Part shown: in pieces, positions 45,584 through 54,576 of the stretch
Position numbering within the stretch: the first letter of the stretch is position 1
How the letters are laid out: every line of letters begins with the position of its first letter
Virus record (IMG/VR): IMGVR_UViG_3300046167_000825
Span: 186,001 to 250,000 of that record
Length of the DNA: 64,000 nucleotides
Reading direction: 5' to 3' (one strand)
The notes under the pieces: generated by a model
What the model was told of the DNA's origin: nothing
Database searches by the model: none
The model's input: only the letters and a program-made list of their open reading frames with translations
Program-made: the position numbers and the translations under genes

Positions 45584-46212
45584 TGTCTCAAGACCTCCGA
45601 AATAAATACCAAAAACTGGTAGGGAAACGAGATAGTCTACAAGATAGGCTATCTCAAATCCTTTCTCAAATCTCAAGTTTAGAGAACGAGATAGACACCC
45701 TAGATTATGTTTCTAGTGTGTTTCGCCAGTTATTGGATAGAGAGGTGGTCAGCAGTGTTCAAAGTGTTGAGAGGTTGCTCACAGAAGCCTTACAAGCCGT
45801 ATTCACAGACCAAGACTTAAAGGTTGAATCAGAGGTGGGTGAAAGTCGAGGGAAGGTTTCGGTTAATCTCACCACCGTGCAAGATCATGGTGGTGGGGTT
45901 ATTGTGGGGGGTGATACCACAGAAGGGTTTGGTGGTGCAGTTTGTACTGTTCAAAGTGCTATTCTCCGTATCTTTGTGACTCTCAACAGAGGTCTTCGTC
46001 CATTGTTATTGATGGATGAAAGTCTGCCCGCTTTCGATAACAACTATGTTCAGAATATGGGCAAGTTTTTATCTTTGTTATGTGAACGACTTGACCTAGA
46101 TATTTTATTGGTCACTCACAACCAATCTCTGGTGGACTCGGCAGACAGAGCCTATCGCATAGACAAGAAGAACGGTAAAGCCATTTTCACGGAGATAACT
46201 CATGCCAATTAG
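45583..46212 (+). CDS. SbcC/Rad50-like ATPase, C-terminal half
   Basis: short coiled coil, signature-like EGFGG, Walker B LLMDES, H-loop VTHN. Confidence 0.82.
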   Translation: MSQDLRNKYQKLVGKRDSLQDRLSQILSQISSLENEIDTLDYVSSVFRQLLDREVVSSVQSVERLLTEALQAVFTDQDLKVESEVGESRGKVSVNLTTVQDHGGGVIVGGDTTEGFGGAVCTVQSAILRIFVTLNRGLRPLLLMDESLPAFDNNYVQNMGKFLSLLCERLDLDILLVTHNQSLVDSADRAYRIDKKNGKAIFTEITHAN

Positions 46213-46432
46213 ACGAAAACCCAAGAAGCAAGCCATGAGAAAAGTTGAGGTTGAAGTTGGGGGTAAGACCTACACTCTCAAGTTCTCCTCAGATATCGAT
46301 CAGATTCTCAGTGGTCTTGGTATAGCCTTGTTAAGTTTGAATGATCCAAAAGTGAACCTCATATTAAAGCAGTTCGGCTTACAGTTTTATGATGTTGAGG
46401 GTAACAAGATAGAGGCGAGCGATGAAAACTAA
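46202..46432 (+). CDS. hypothetical protein
   Basis: GGAG RBS; overlapping neighbours. Confidence 0.65.
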   Translation: MPIRRKPKKQAMRKVEVEVGGKTYTLKFSSDIDQILSGLGIALLSLNDPKVNLILKQFGLQFYDVEGNKIEASDEN

Positions 46433-46814
46433 GGGACAATTAATTCAGAAGATAAAACAAGTTCGATTTCGTTATTTGAAAAAGTTCATAGATAAATGTC
46501 TAGCGAAATCTTCTAGCAACTGCGTTTACAATCGCCCCTCTTCTTTTGAAATGTCGGGTGTTCCTAGCGTGGGTCTGTGTGGACACAATATGGAAACACG
46601 GGACTGGGTTGCTATGCCGTGTGATAAACGAATCAACCCCTTGAAGGCAGATGATTGCCCCCATTTCGTGCCTTTGAATACGAAGGAAGAACTGAAAGAG
46701 GAGTTCAACTCTTCTATTGATGCTCTTCCCATTTCTACCATTGCTTCAAAGTTCCCCGATATGGCAGCCTTGCTTTGGGTTTTATCCGAAGATTTGGAGG
46801 ATGATAATGGCTGA
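46422..46814 (+). CDS. Cys-containing hypothetical protein
   Basis: C...CVYN...LCG...PC...CPHF. Confidence 0.65.
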   Translation: MKTKGQLIQKIKQVRFRYLKKFIDKCLAKSSSNCVYNRPSSFEMSGVPSVGLCGHNMETRDWVAMPCDKRINPLKADDCPHFVPLNTKEELKEEFNSSIDALPISTIASKFPDMAALLWVLSEDLEDDNG

Positions 46815-47323
46815 TTTATTGAAGGTTTTGAAGTTTCAGAGTCTTAAAAAAAACCCTTTGCTTTTTGAGTTCAAGGTGAATGGAGAACTAGCCCCCTTTC
46901 TTGTCACGAACTCTAAGTCTATCTTGTGGGTCGATGCCCAAAATGATGTAGTTCGTGCTGGCGTTCGATTAAATACTCATGTGAAAGATTTCTTTATGGA
47001 GATTCTTGATGAGGTGGACAACTGTTGGTTCAGAAGCGGGTTGGGGGAATGTCCATGAGTTTTCAAAAGAGGGTGTCATGTCAGCCATCTCTTATGTTGA
47101 GGGTTACGATGTCGGTGATTTAGAGATTCTCGTTCACCCAAAATCTGCTGACAAACTAGATGTCAAATTGAAAGTTGTCAATACACATTGGCTTCCAGAG
47201 AACTGTGCTGTGGTTGTTCCTCAGAACAGAGATTTTATAGGTTTCATTGGGATGATAGGGAAGAACTTCGTGGGTGTCATTCACAATCCCTCAAGGGGTC
47301 TTTCGATTGCGAGGTCAATGTGA
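46807..47323 (+). CDS. hypothetical protein, apparently split by a +1 frameshift near 47020
   Basis: ORFs 46807-47058 and 47006-47323 overlap by 53 nt, the second has no RBS, and the join reads ILDEVDTVGSEAGWGNVHEF. Confidence 0.5.
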
Positions 47324-48033
47324 ATTGGCTTGAGGAATCCATCTCTTTCAATCTCCCTCCTCAAGGGGAAGATTATCTTTTATCTAGGGGTGTTTCTCGA
47401 ACCTTGATAAATGAACTTCGTTTTGGTTGGTGGGATCAAATTACAGAGCCGACAGACAAGTTGGTTCTAGGACGATACCAATCAATGCTGCGTAAGTTTG
47501 ATGGTCGTATAATCGTGCCTATCTTTTCCCCACAAGGTCGTATCGTTGGGGTGGAATCCCGTTGCCTAGAAGGGAAACACCCAAAATCTTTAAGGTTGCT
47601 CACGACCCAAGCCCAGTGGAATCCCTTGTTTGTGGGGCTATCCCCTTACGCTATGGAGCGAATCTGGAATGGGGCAAATGTTTGGATAGTGGAGGGCATC
47701 TTTGATGTCACAACACTCCAAAGGCTCTTGGGTAATGGCTCTGTGGTTCTAGGGACAATGCGAGCCTCCGTCACTAGAAAGCACCTAGACTTTTTGAAGA
47801 GAACCGTGAAGGGTTCGGTCTTTGTGGCATACGACAATGATAAGACGGGTCAAGACTCCATGAAGGGGTTCATTGATGATCAAGGTCGGAGTCGTAAAGG
47901 TGTTGTCGATAAGATATCGGGCTTGGGCTTGTCGTGTTCCCCCGTTTATTATCGTGGTGGGAAAGACCCCAATGAGATTTGGGAGAAGGGTGGCGACCAA
48001 GCCTTGAAAAAAGCCTTCTCTCTTTATGTGTGA
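47320..48033 (+). CDS. dnaG: DnaG-like primase (TOPRIM core, no zinc-binding domain)
   Basis: YLLSRG, RIIVPI, WIVEGIFD, AYDNDKTG, KDPNE; GTGA overlap. Confidence 0.85.
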   Translation: MNWLEESISFNLPPQGEDYLLSRGVSRTLINELRFGWWDQITEPTDKLVLGRYQSMLRKFDGRIIVPIFSPQGRIVGVESRCLEGKHPKSLRLLTTQAQWNPLFVGLSPYAMERIWNGANVWIVEGIFDVTTLQRLLGNGSVVLGTMRASVTRKHLDFLKRTVKGSVFVAYDNDKTGQDSMKGFIDDQGRSRKGVVDKISGLGLSCSPVYYRGGKDPNEIWEKGGDQALKKAFSLYV

Positions 48034-48036
48034 GTG

Positions 48037-48065
48037 CGGTTGTGTCTTTCGATTAGATCCGTATA
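48037..48065 (+). promoter_or_regulatory. class A promoter CGGTTG-N17-CGTATA
   Basis: bipartite motif. Confidence 0.75.
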
Positions 48066-48098
48066 CCTAGCAACAATCACACCCTTCGGAGAATAACA

Positions 48099-48290
48099 AT
48101 GAACTACAAAGTAATCACACAAAATGTTTCGACAGACCGACCCTATGACAAGGGAGAGTTTGAGAAGAAAGTCCTAGAACACTTACGAGAGGGGTACACT
48201 CTTGTTGGTGGTGTCACTGTCACAGTTGTGGCATTTAGCACAAATCAACCCAAAACATTACAATACACACAAGCCGTTATCAAACAATAG
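48099..48290 (+). CDS. DUF1737-like small protein
   Basis: KVLEHLREGYTLVGGV. Confidence 0.55.
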   Translation: MNYKVITQNVSTDRPYDKGEFEKKVLEHLREGYTLVGGVTVTVVAFSTNQPKTLQYTQAVIKQ

Positions 48291-48299
48291 GAGGATACA

Positions 48300-48788
48300 A
48301 TGGCAGATATCTACAAAGCAAACGAGGACATCGTACTGCGAGTGAAAAACATCATCAAGGACAACCACCCAGAGTTGTTCTTGATCCAAGATGAAATAGC
48401 AATTCTCATCCGAGAAAAGGCTGGTAAGCGTGGTGGTCGTATCACTTACGCAAAGACAATGAAAGCCCCCAAGATTCTTGAAATCTTAGGGGACACAGAC
48501 TACAAGTTTATCCTTGAGATCGCTGGTGATGAATGGCAAAACTTGTCATCCCCACAACAGACAGCATTATTGGATCATCATCTGTGTGCTATGCGAGCCG
48601 AAGAAGAAGAAGAAACGGGCGAAGTGAAATACTTTGTTGCTCCACCAGATATTGGGTACTACTATGACGAACTAGACCGTCATGGGAACTGGCGACCCGA
48701 ACTGGATGGGGAAGACCCAGATGAACTAGAGGGGATACCTTCTATTGATATGGCATCTATCGTCACGGGTGCTACCACAGAAGCCTAA
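48300..48788 (+). CDS. putative phage metallopeptidase-like protein
   Basis: YKFILEI...WQNL...ALLDHHLC...PPDI; HExxH degenerate. Confidence 0.65.
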   Translation: MADIYKANEDIVLRVKNIIKDNHPELFLIQDEIAILIREKAGKRGGRITYAKTMKAPKILEILGDTDYKFILEIAGDEWQNLSSPQQTALLDHHLCAMRAEEEEETGEVKYFVAPPDIGYYYDELDRHGNWRPELDGEDPDELEGIPSIDMASIVTGATTEA

Positions 48789-48810
48789 TTTTCATATAGG
48801 GTTTCTTGGC

Positions 48811-48847
48811 AAGGCTTCGTCAGATTTTTGTCGAAGCCTTTTTTTTT
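48811..48847 (+). terminator. rho-independent terminator
   Basis: AAGGCTTCG...CGAAGCCTT plus T run. Confidence 0.8.
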
Positions 48848-48852
48848 GTTTG

Positions 48853-48881
48853 CAGTTGAAATCCTTTTCATTTTTCGTATA
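48853..48881 (+). promoter_or_regulatory. class A promoter CAGTTG-N17-CGTATA
   Basis: motif before dnaX. Confidence 0.75.
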
Positions 48882-48898
48882 AGGGTTAGGAGGATATT

Positions 48899-50182
48899 AT
48901 GTCACTAGATACAAAATACAGACCAATGGTATATGCCGATGTGATCGGTCAGCAAAGTAATGTTGAGGTTCTCACCAACATTGTGAAGAAGGAAGCGGGG
49001 TTTCATCAATCCTATGTCTTCTGTGGCCCACACGGTACGGGGAAAACAACACTGGGGCGAATACTCGCTAGGGCTTTATTGTGTGATTCCCCCGTGAATG
49101 GCGAACCATGTGATGAATGTTCCTCGTGCAAGACTATCCTTGAACACGGTAATAGCGAATGTTTCATTGAGATCGATGCTGCCACGAACAGTGGGAAAAG
49201 TGACATCAAGGATATCGTGGACTCCCTTGAGTATGTGGCTGTGAGTGGTCGTAAGAAGATTTACCTTTTTGATGAGGCACATGAACTTTCTCGTCAAGCC
49301 CTTGATGGTCTCTTAAAACCAATGGAAGACACCGTCTATGGAACACAAGAGAAGAAACTCATTTGTATCTTCTGTACCACAGAGCCAGAGAAAATGAGGA
49401 AAACGATCTTCTCACGATGTGCTCCAGCATTTGTTGTGCGTTCTCCGACACCTCAAGTGATCGCAGATCGCCTTCAGTATATCTGTGAGCAAGAGAAGAT
49501 TGAGTTTGATTATCCAGCCCTCACAGCCATAGCAGAATATGGTGAGTGTCATGTCCGTGATGCCATCAAAGCAGTGGAAGGGGTTTCAATGGTTGGGAGG
49601 GTGTCCTCTGAATCCGTGAACCACTATTTAAGGCTAGATACAACCTTCAAAGCCCTAGACATCCTTGAGAACCTACACGGAGATTTCAGCAAGGTTTTGG
49701 AAACCCTAGACACTTTATCCACGATGGCTTCAGCCAGTGCAATGTACGAGATGTTGGCAAAACTTTCAATGACGGCTTTTCGTTATTCAATGGGTTTCCA
49801 AAAGTTACCCTCTTATTTGAACGAAGAAAGAGTGTCGAAAATTGCAGAGAAGAAAGGGGTTTTACTGCAATTAGTGAAAAGTTTATTGTCACCTCCCTTC
49901 AATCCGACATATAATATGTTGATTTGCGACTTGGCAAACTATTATCATAACCAACACACTATCAGCACTCCACAAAAAAACGAAGCATTCCCGAACCAAG
50001 TCCAGTCTTCAACGGTATCATACACCGAAGATACGACAAAGGTACTAAATGGGGTCTATCGAGAGCCAAAGGCTGTCAATAATGCCCCAAAAAAAGACAT
50101 TCCTTCAATGGGGTTGTCTTTGGATCAATTCCGTTCCTTTGTCCTCACAAGATTAAAGGAACTGGAAACCAATGGCAGATGA
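48899..50182 (+). CDS. dnaX: DNA polymerase III gamma/tau clamp-loader ATPase
   Basis: KYRP, GPHGTGKTT, PCDECSSC, EIDAA, LFDEAH, TIFSRC, VRDAI. Confidence 0.93.
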   Translation: MSLDTKYRPMVYADVIGQQSNVEVLTNIVKKEAGFHQSYVFCGPHGTGKTTLGRILARALLCDSPVNGEPCDECSSCKTILEHGNSECFIEIDAATNSGKSDIKDIVDSLEYVAVSGRKKIYLFDEAHELSRQALDGLLKPMEDTVYGTQEKKLICIFCTTEPEKMRKTIFSRCAPAFVVRSPTPQVIADRLQYICEQEKIEFDYPALTAIAEYGECHVRDAIKAVEGVSMVGRVSSESVNHYLRLDTTFKALDILENLHGDFSKVLETLDTLSTMASASAMYEMLAKLSMTAFRYSMGFQKLPSYLNEERVSKIAEKKGVLLQLVKSLLSPPFNPTYNMLICDLANYYHNQHTISTPQKNEAFPNQVQSSTVSYTEDTTKVLNGVYREPKAVNNAPKKDIPSMGLSLDQFRSFVLTRLKELETNGR

Positions 50183-50705
50183 TAGAGACCAAAAAACTTG
50201 GGTTGTCCTAGAACTCACTTCAAAAGGTGAATACCTTGTTCGTGAGGGAACACTAGAGAAATATCTCAGAAGACATCTAGGTATAGATGAAGATCACTCC
50301 ATCTATATTCCTCTCCATACTTATAAAAAGGGTGGGAGAGAAATCCAACTAGAAGGGATACAAGGATACGCCTTTATAGCCAGTGGTTTGATGGATTATG
50401 ATTATTTCGCTCTTGAACAACATGACTACACTCGCAGTGTTCTTTCGATAGATAGAGGTAAATACAGAACAATCACAACACTACCAGATAGTTCCATTCA
50501 ACATATCCGAGATAAGATTCGAGAAGAAATCTCGACAGACCTTGATGAGGGTATGTTTATTCGTGTCATTCTAGGGAACTACATCTCCTTAGAAGGTGAA
50601 ATTATTGGGTTCGATGGTGATAAAGCATTGGTGGAAGTCGGTCTGAGATCGATTCACGCTATTGTTCCAATCCCAAGAATCTGTTGTGACCCTATTAAGG
50701 AGTGA
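50172..50705 (+). CDS. NusG-like transcription elongation factor (NGN + KOW)
   Basis: WVVLEL...IYIP...QGYAFI; KOW GMFIRVILGNYISLEGEI...VEVGL. Confidence 0.75.
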   Translation: MADDRDQKTWVVLELTSKGEYLVREGTLEKYLRRHLGIDEDHSIYIPLHTYKKGGREIQLEGIQGYAFIASGLMDYDYFALEQHDYTRSVLSIDRGKYRTITTLPDSSIQHIRDKIREEISTDLDEGMFIRVILGNYISLEGEIIGFDGDKALVEVGLRSIHAIVPIPRICCDPIKE

Positions 50706-51310
50706 ATATGTGGTGGAGTGGACATAAAATACTAGAGCCTCACGAGTTGGAGAATCGCTTTTCTACTGAGGATTGTATCTTCAATAATGGGATTACCTTC
50801 ACAGAGGTGATGTCTGAGGAGATGAAAGCACAAGTTGATAAGATTAAATCGTTTTTGGATATGATTCCTAGACGGGAAGCCGATTTTGTTGAGTTGTACT
50901 ACTTCCAACACATGAAGCAAACGGATATCGCAAACTTGTTTTGTGTGACCCAACCGACTGTCTGTTATCGTCTTCAAAGGGCTTCTGCTCGGATTAAGTT
51001 CCTTGTAGAACTCCCCGATTTAACCATAGCACAGATTCAGAATGACCTTGAAGAAGTCTTGGTTGACCCTCTCGATGTGAAGATCATGGTGCAAATGTAT
51101 CAAACGACATGTCAATCAGAAGTGGCGAAGAATCTCAATGTTTCTCAAGGGCTAGTTCGACATAGATTTATTAGGTCTATCAAACGATTGGGTTGTGACG
51201 GCTACGATGAACTGGTTGCCGTTTATAAAAAAATCTCCGAAAACTTGAACATCCTCAGAGAAGTGCAACGACCCTCTCTTTCCGAAACTTCTTTCATTGT
51301 CTTACACTAA
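50702..51310 (+). CDS. tandem sigma-region-4-like HTH protein
   Basis: LYYFQHMKQTDIANLFCVTQPTVCYRLQRA and TCQSEVAKNLNVSQGLVRHR. Confidence 0.7.
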   Translation: MNMWWSGHKILEPHELENRFSTEDCIFNNGITFTEVMSEEMKAQVDKIKSFLDMIPRREADFVELYYFQHMKQTDIANLFCVTQPTVCYRLQRASARIKFLVELPDLTIAQIQNDLEEVLVDPLDVKIMVQMYQTTCQSEVAKNLNVSQGLVRHRFIRSIKRLGCDGYDELVAVYKKISENLNILREVQRPSLSETSFIVLH

Positions 51311-51320
51311 TCCGTTTATA
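51308..51320 (+). promoter_or_regulatory. class B promoter TAATCCGTTTATA
   Basis: at the start of the structural block. Confidence 0.6.
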
Positions 51321-51347
51321 GACGGACACATTTATTGAGGGACACAA

Positions 51348-51659
51348 ATGTCAGACAAGAAAGAACATCGTATTTTAATGACCAAGCGACTGGCTAGGCG
51401 GTGGGTGTTATCCCATATTCGTCCAGAGAGCCGTATTACGGTTTATTATGGTGCAACGGATGTTAGCCGTATCCCTTCTCTTTTGCGTAGTTTCCGAGAT
51501 GGGAAAGTGAAATTGACGGGTGTTGATATCAAGATTCCCGATTTGGGTGTTCAAGAACGCTTTGATGCCTTTGAGGTTTGGTCTTCCGATAAAGAGTCTA
51601 TGATTGTTCTTAATAAATGGCTTGAAGATCGTGGATTTCAGACATCGGGAGTTTGGTAA
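51348..51659 (+). CDS. hypothetical protein
   Basis: GAGGG RBS. Confidence 0.7.
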   Translation: MSDKKEHRILMTKRLARRWVLSHIRPESRITVYYGATDVSRIPSLLRSFRDGKVKLTGVDIKIPDLGVQERFDAFEVWSSDKESMIVLNKWLEDRGFQTSGVW

Positions 51660-52090
51660 TGTCATCACAAAGAATTGAGAGTGCCTTCAAATATAAGTAT
51701 GTGACGGTAACGGCAGACACTTATTATTACGAAATTGTGGCAGACACCCAACTTAATATCTCAGTTCGAGATATCGTAGCCCCCAACGGTCAGTTGATAG
51801 ACTCCATGACACTTCTCCCAGCAGAAGTTGTTTCTGATATAGCCGCAAGTATTCTTGTGGTGAAAGATTTATTAGGTCTTGCTACTCGTCTTACGGGTGA
51901 GGCAGATTTCGTTTCGGCTACCTCCGTTACGGTGGAGTTCGCAGAAGCCCAGAACTCCACAGATTATTCTGTTCTTCTTGACCCTTCTGTTTTCTTAGAT
52001 TTTCGTGTCACAGCGAAAACTACGGTGAGTTTCACTATTGAATCCTCGACAACATATACGGGTTCAGTTCGCTGGTCTTTATTTGTGTAG
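51659..52090 (+). CDS. putative virion structural protein
   Basis: beta-rich, Thr/Ser/Val-rich. Confidence 0.6.
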   Translation: MSSQRIESAFKYKYVTVTADTYYYEIVADTQLNISVRDIVAPNGQLIDSMTLLPAEVVSDIAASILVVKDLLGLATRLTGEADFVSATSVTVEFAEAQNSTDYSVLLDPSVFLDFRVTAKTTVSFTIESSTTYTGSVRWSLFV

Positions 52091-52099
52091 GGAGTTGAT

Positions 52100-53296
52100 A
52101 TGGGTCAAAGTAAGTTTTCAAAATTAGATGGGGTGTCGTTCGACCCAGAGAACTACGCCAATACTCAGATAACCATCAATCATGTTGATGGGACATTGGT
52201 GTTTCAAGACGAAGAAATAACCGCTTTGAAACTATCTCAATTGGTGGGCTTCGAGAATATTGATAATGTTTTTCTCGTGGGCAAAACGGGTAGTGGTGCT
52301 AGATATAAGACCATCCAAGATGCTGTTGATGCAGTTTCCGTGACGAGTTCTTATTTAGAACCGTCTGTTATAATCGTTACGGCTGGTGTTTATCAAGAAT
52401 CTTTGACTATCCAGAAGGATGGGCTTCACATTATTGGAATGGGGCGAGTCGCTCTCAAAGGTGACGATGGTTCTCCCTCTGTTTTGATTGATGACTTGGG
52501 TGTTGTTATCCCTCAAGTTCTCCACATAGAAAATCTTATCATTGAGAAAGACCAAGACGGTGAATCTTGTGTCGAAGTATCTGGTTCGTTGGATTCAACT
52601 CTCCTTCAAAAAGGGTTGACTCTTAAAAATTGTTCTTTAGAGGCTACTGGGATTGGGTCATACCCAATCAAAGCCGATAAAGTCAATTCTATCACTGTGC
52701 TTGACGGTACTTGGGGGGCTAGTCGCCTAGACTCCATTTGCTTTATTTCACAAGTGGCATATTTCCATTGTGTTGGTTTGCAACAAGGTACGGCTTTTCA
52801 GATGTCTTATGATGACTCTGCTGATGCTCCCCTCACAAAAACCTCCGAGTATATTATTTCTAGTATGCTTGGGAGTGGTAACTTCTTGATTTCTTTGTTG
52901 GGGACGGGTTCTTTGACTGTCAACCGTAGCACCATTGGTGATTTATCCATTACGGGAGATAGACTACTGTCAGTGTCGGACAGTAAGACAATGAACCTTA
53001 CGGTACAAGGGACGACAGCGTGTTCTGTGGATGCGACAAAGCATGGGACAATCGGTGGAGATATCACTGCCACTCTTTCCCTCAGTGAACTTAGGGATTC
53101 TGTGGATTTAATAGGAGTGGTCAGCGTTAGCGTGCCGTTGCCTTTGCCTTACCCCAACTCTTTTTATATGGTCAATCTCGATGGCTATGATGGGTCAGCC
53201 CCTTATGTCACCAATAAGACTACCACGACTTTTGATGTGGTCTTTCCCGATGGGTTGGTTCACACCACAACAGTGCAGTATCAAGTTATTCTTTGA
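52100..53296 (+). CDS. putative fibre/spike protein with parallel beta-helix region
   Basis: YKTIQDAVDA...IIVTAGVYQE pectin-lyase-fold entry motif. Confidence 0.6.
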   Translation: MGQSKFSKLDGVSFDPENYANTQITINHVDGTLVFQDEEITALKLSQLVGFENIDNVFLVGKTGSGARYKTIQDAVDAVSVTSSYLEPSVIIVTAGVYQESLTIQKDGLHIIGMGRVALKGDDGSPSVLIDDLGVVIPQVLHIENLIIEKDQDGESCVEVSGSLDSTLLQKGLTLKNCSLEATGIGSYPIKADKVNSITVLDGTWGASRLDSICFISQVAYFHCVGLQQGTAFQMSYDDSADAPLTKTSEYIISSMLGSGNFLISLLGTGSLTVNRSTIGDLSITGDRLLSVSDSKTMNLTVQGTTACSVDATKHGTIGGDITATLSLSELRDSVDLIGVVSVSVPLPLPYPNSFYMVNLDGYDGSAPYVTNKTTTTFDVVFPDGLVHTTTVQYQVIL

Positions 53297-53302
53297 TCGT
53301 GG

Positions 53303-53315
53303 TAATATGCCTATA
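53303..53315 (+). promoter_or_regulatory. class B promoter TAATATGCCTATA
   Basis: before the head-protein/terminase operon. Confidence 0.6.
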
Positions 53316-53343
53316 TTTTCAACAAAGATAATAGAGGTGTCTT

Positions 53344-53928
53344 ATGAGTACGGATAAATATGACTTTTGGAACGGCTTGATGTCGGGTGCATACATGAAT
53401 GTGAAAGGTGCATCTGACGGGGTCGATATGTTTTTAGAGGAAAGCCTTGATAAAGAAGCAACCGATAGAACCTTATCAGATTTGACTGATAAAGGTAGAG
53501 CCAACAATGCTTTGAGTTTGCCCGTTTCCGATGGAACACGGGTGGCTTTCGTAGCGAACTTGGGTTCGATTCTGTCTTTAGATGACGCTCCCGAAAACAA
53601 TGCCAAAGGGACAGTTGTTACTGTTAAGTCTGCTGGAGGGGCTATCACTTCCCACGATGGTCGTGTTTTTGTGAAATGGGATGATGGTCAGTTTCGTGCA
53701 GTCCACCAAAATCATCTTCGTTTGGCGAGTGGACACTCCAAGACACAAAAAGCCGCTGGTAACACAATGCGAGTTGCTTCTCTTGGTGACTTGACAGACT
53801 TCTTGAGAATTAGTTCGGATACTCTTATCCATAAAGCCACAGAAGATATCTGGTCATTCAAAAAAGATGCTGACGGTTTCGTCATAGAGCGTTTGCTCGG
53901 TGAAGACGGTAAGCCTTTGAAATTATAG
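53344..53928 (+). CDS. putative head-associated protein
   Basis: KEAT, RLAS, KAAG, RVAS motifs. Confidence 0.65.
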   Translation: MSTDKYDFWNGLMSGAYMNVKGASDGVDMFLEESLDKEATDRTLSDLTDKGRANNALSLPVSDGTRVAFVANLGSILSLDDAPENNAKGTVVTVKSAGGAITSHDGRVFVKWDDGQFRAVHQNHLRLASGHSKTQKAAGNTMRVASLGDLTDFLRISSDTLIHKATEDIWSFKKDADGFVIERLLGEDGKPLKL

Positions 53929-53937
53929 GATTGTATA

Positions 53938-54576
53938 ATGAAGAAAATATCATTTAAGAAGAAGCAACGGTCTTTTCTGGAAGAAAAGTGGGGGGCATCC
54001 TTAGAACCGAAAAGTCAAATGACTAGAACGGCTGGTGAAGTTCGTTTCGTTAAGGATAACTCGAATGATGCTAGTTCGTGGGCTTGGAAACAAGGCCCCT
54101 CCGAACGCTCAATGCAACCCGATTACAACTTTAAGCCAAAGCGAAAGAAAGCATTAGCCAAAGTTCTCAGAAGCACAACTGCTTCTATGGGACACGCTAT
54201 GAGTGCCTACAACTCTTTCACGAAAATCAAGAGTGCTGATGTATCCCCCGATGGGGCATTGGGTGGGAAAGGGTACATACAAAAGATTATGGATATGCGA
54301 AAGCAGTACATGAATGTCGTTGAGGCGTTATCTGCTTTGAGTGACACCATTTATGACGAGATTCAAGCCCCACATTGGGCTGCGATTTCCCGTCAAGAAA
54401 CGCCCGAAGACAAAGCAGAGGTCACCCAAATCATACAAGATGCCGAGAGCATTAAAGAAGACCCAGAGAGTTGGGCAGAAGAACAAGAGGAAACAATGGA
54501 TGAAGATCACACCCCAATGGGCAAGACTGCTTCTTCAAAATCTATTCCTAAAAAGTATTTAAGAGGTGACAAATGA
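53938..54576 (+). CDS. putative head-associated protein
   Basis: RTAG, KTAS motifs. Confidence 0.65.
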   Translation: MKKISFKKKQRSFLEEKWGASLEPKSQMTRTAGEVRFVKDNSNDASSWAWKQGPSERSMQPDYNFKPKRKKALAKVLRSTTASMGHAMSAYNSFTKIKSADVSPDGALGGKGYIQKIMDMRKQYMNVVEALSALSDTIYDEIQAPHWAAISRQETPEDKAEVTQIIQDAESIKEDPESWAEEQEETMDEDHTPMGKTASSKSIPKKYLRGDK

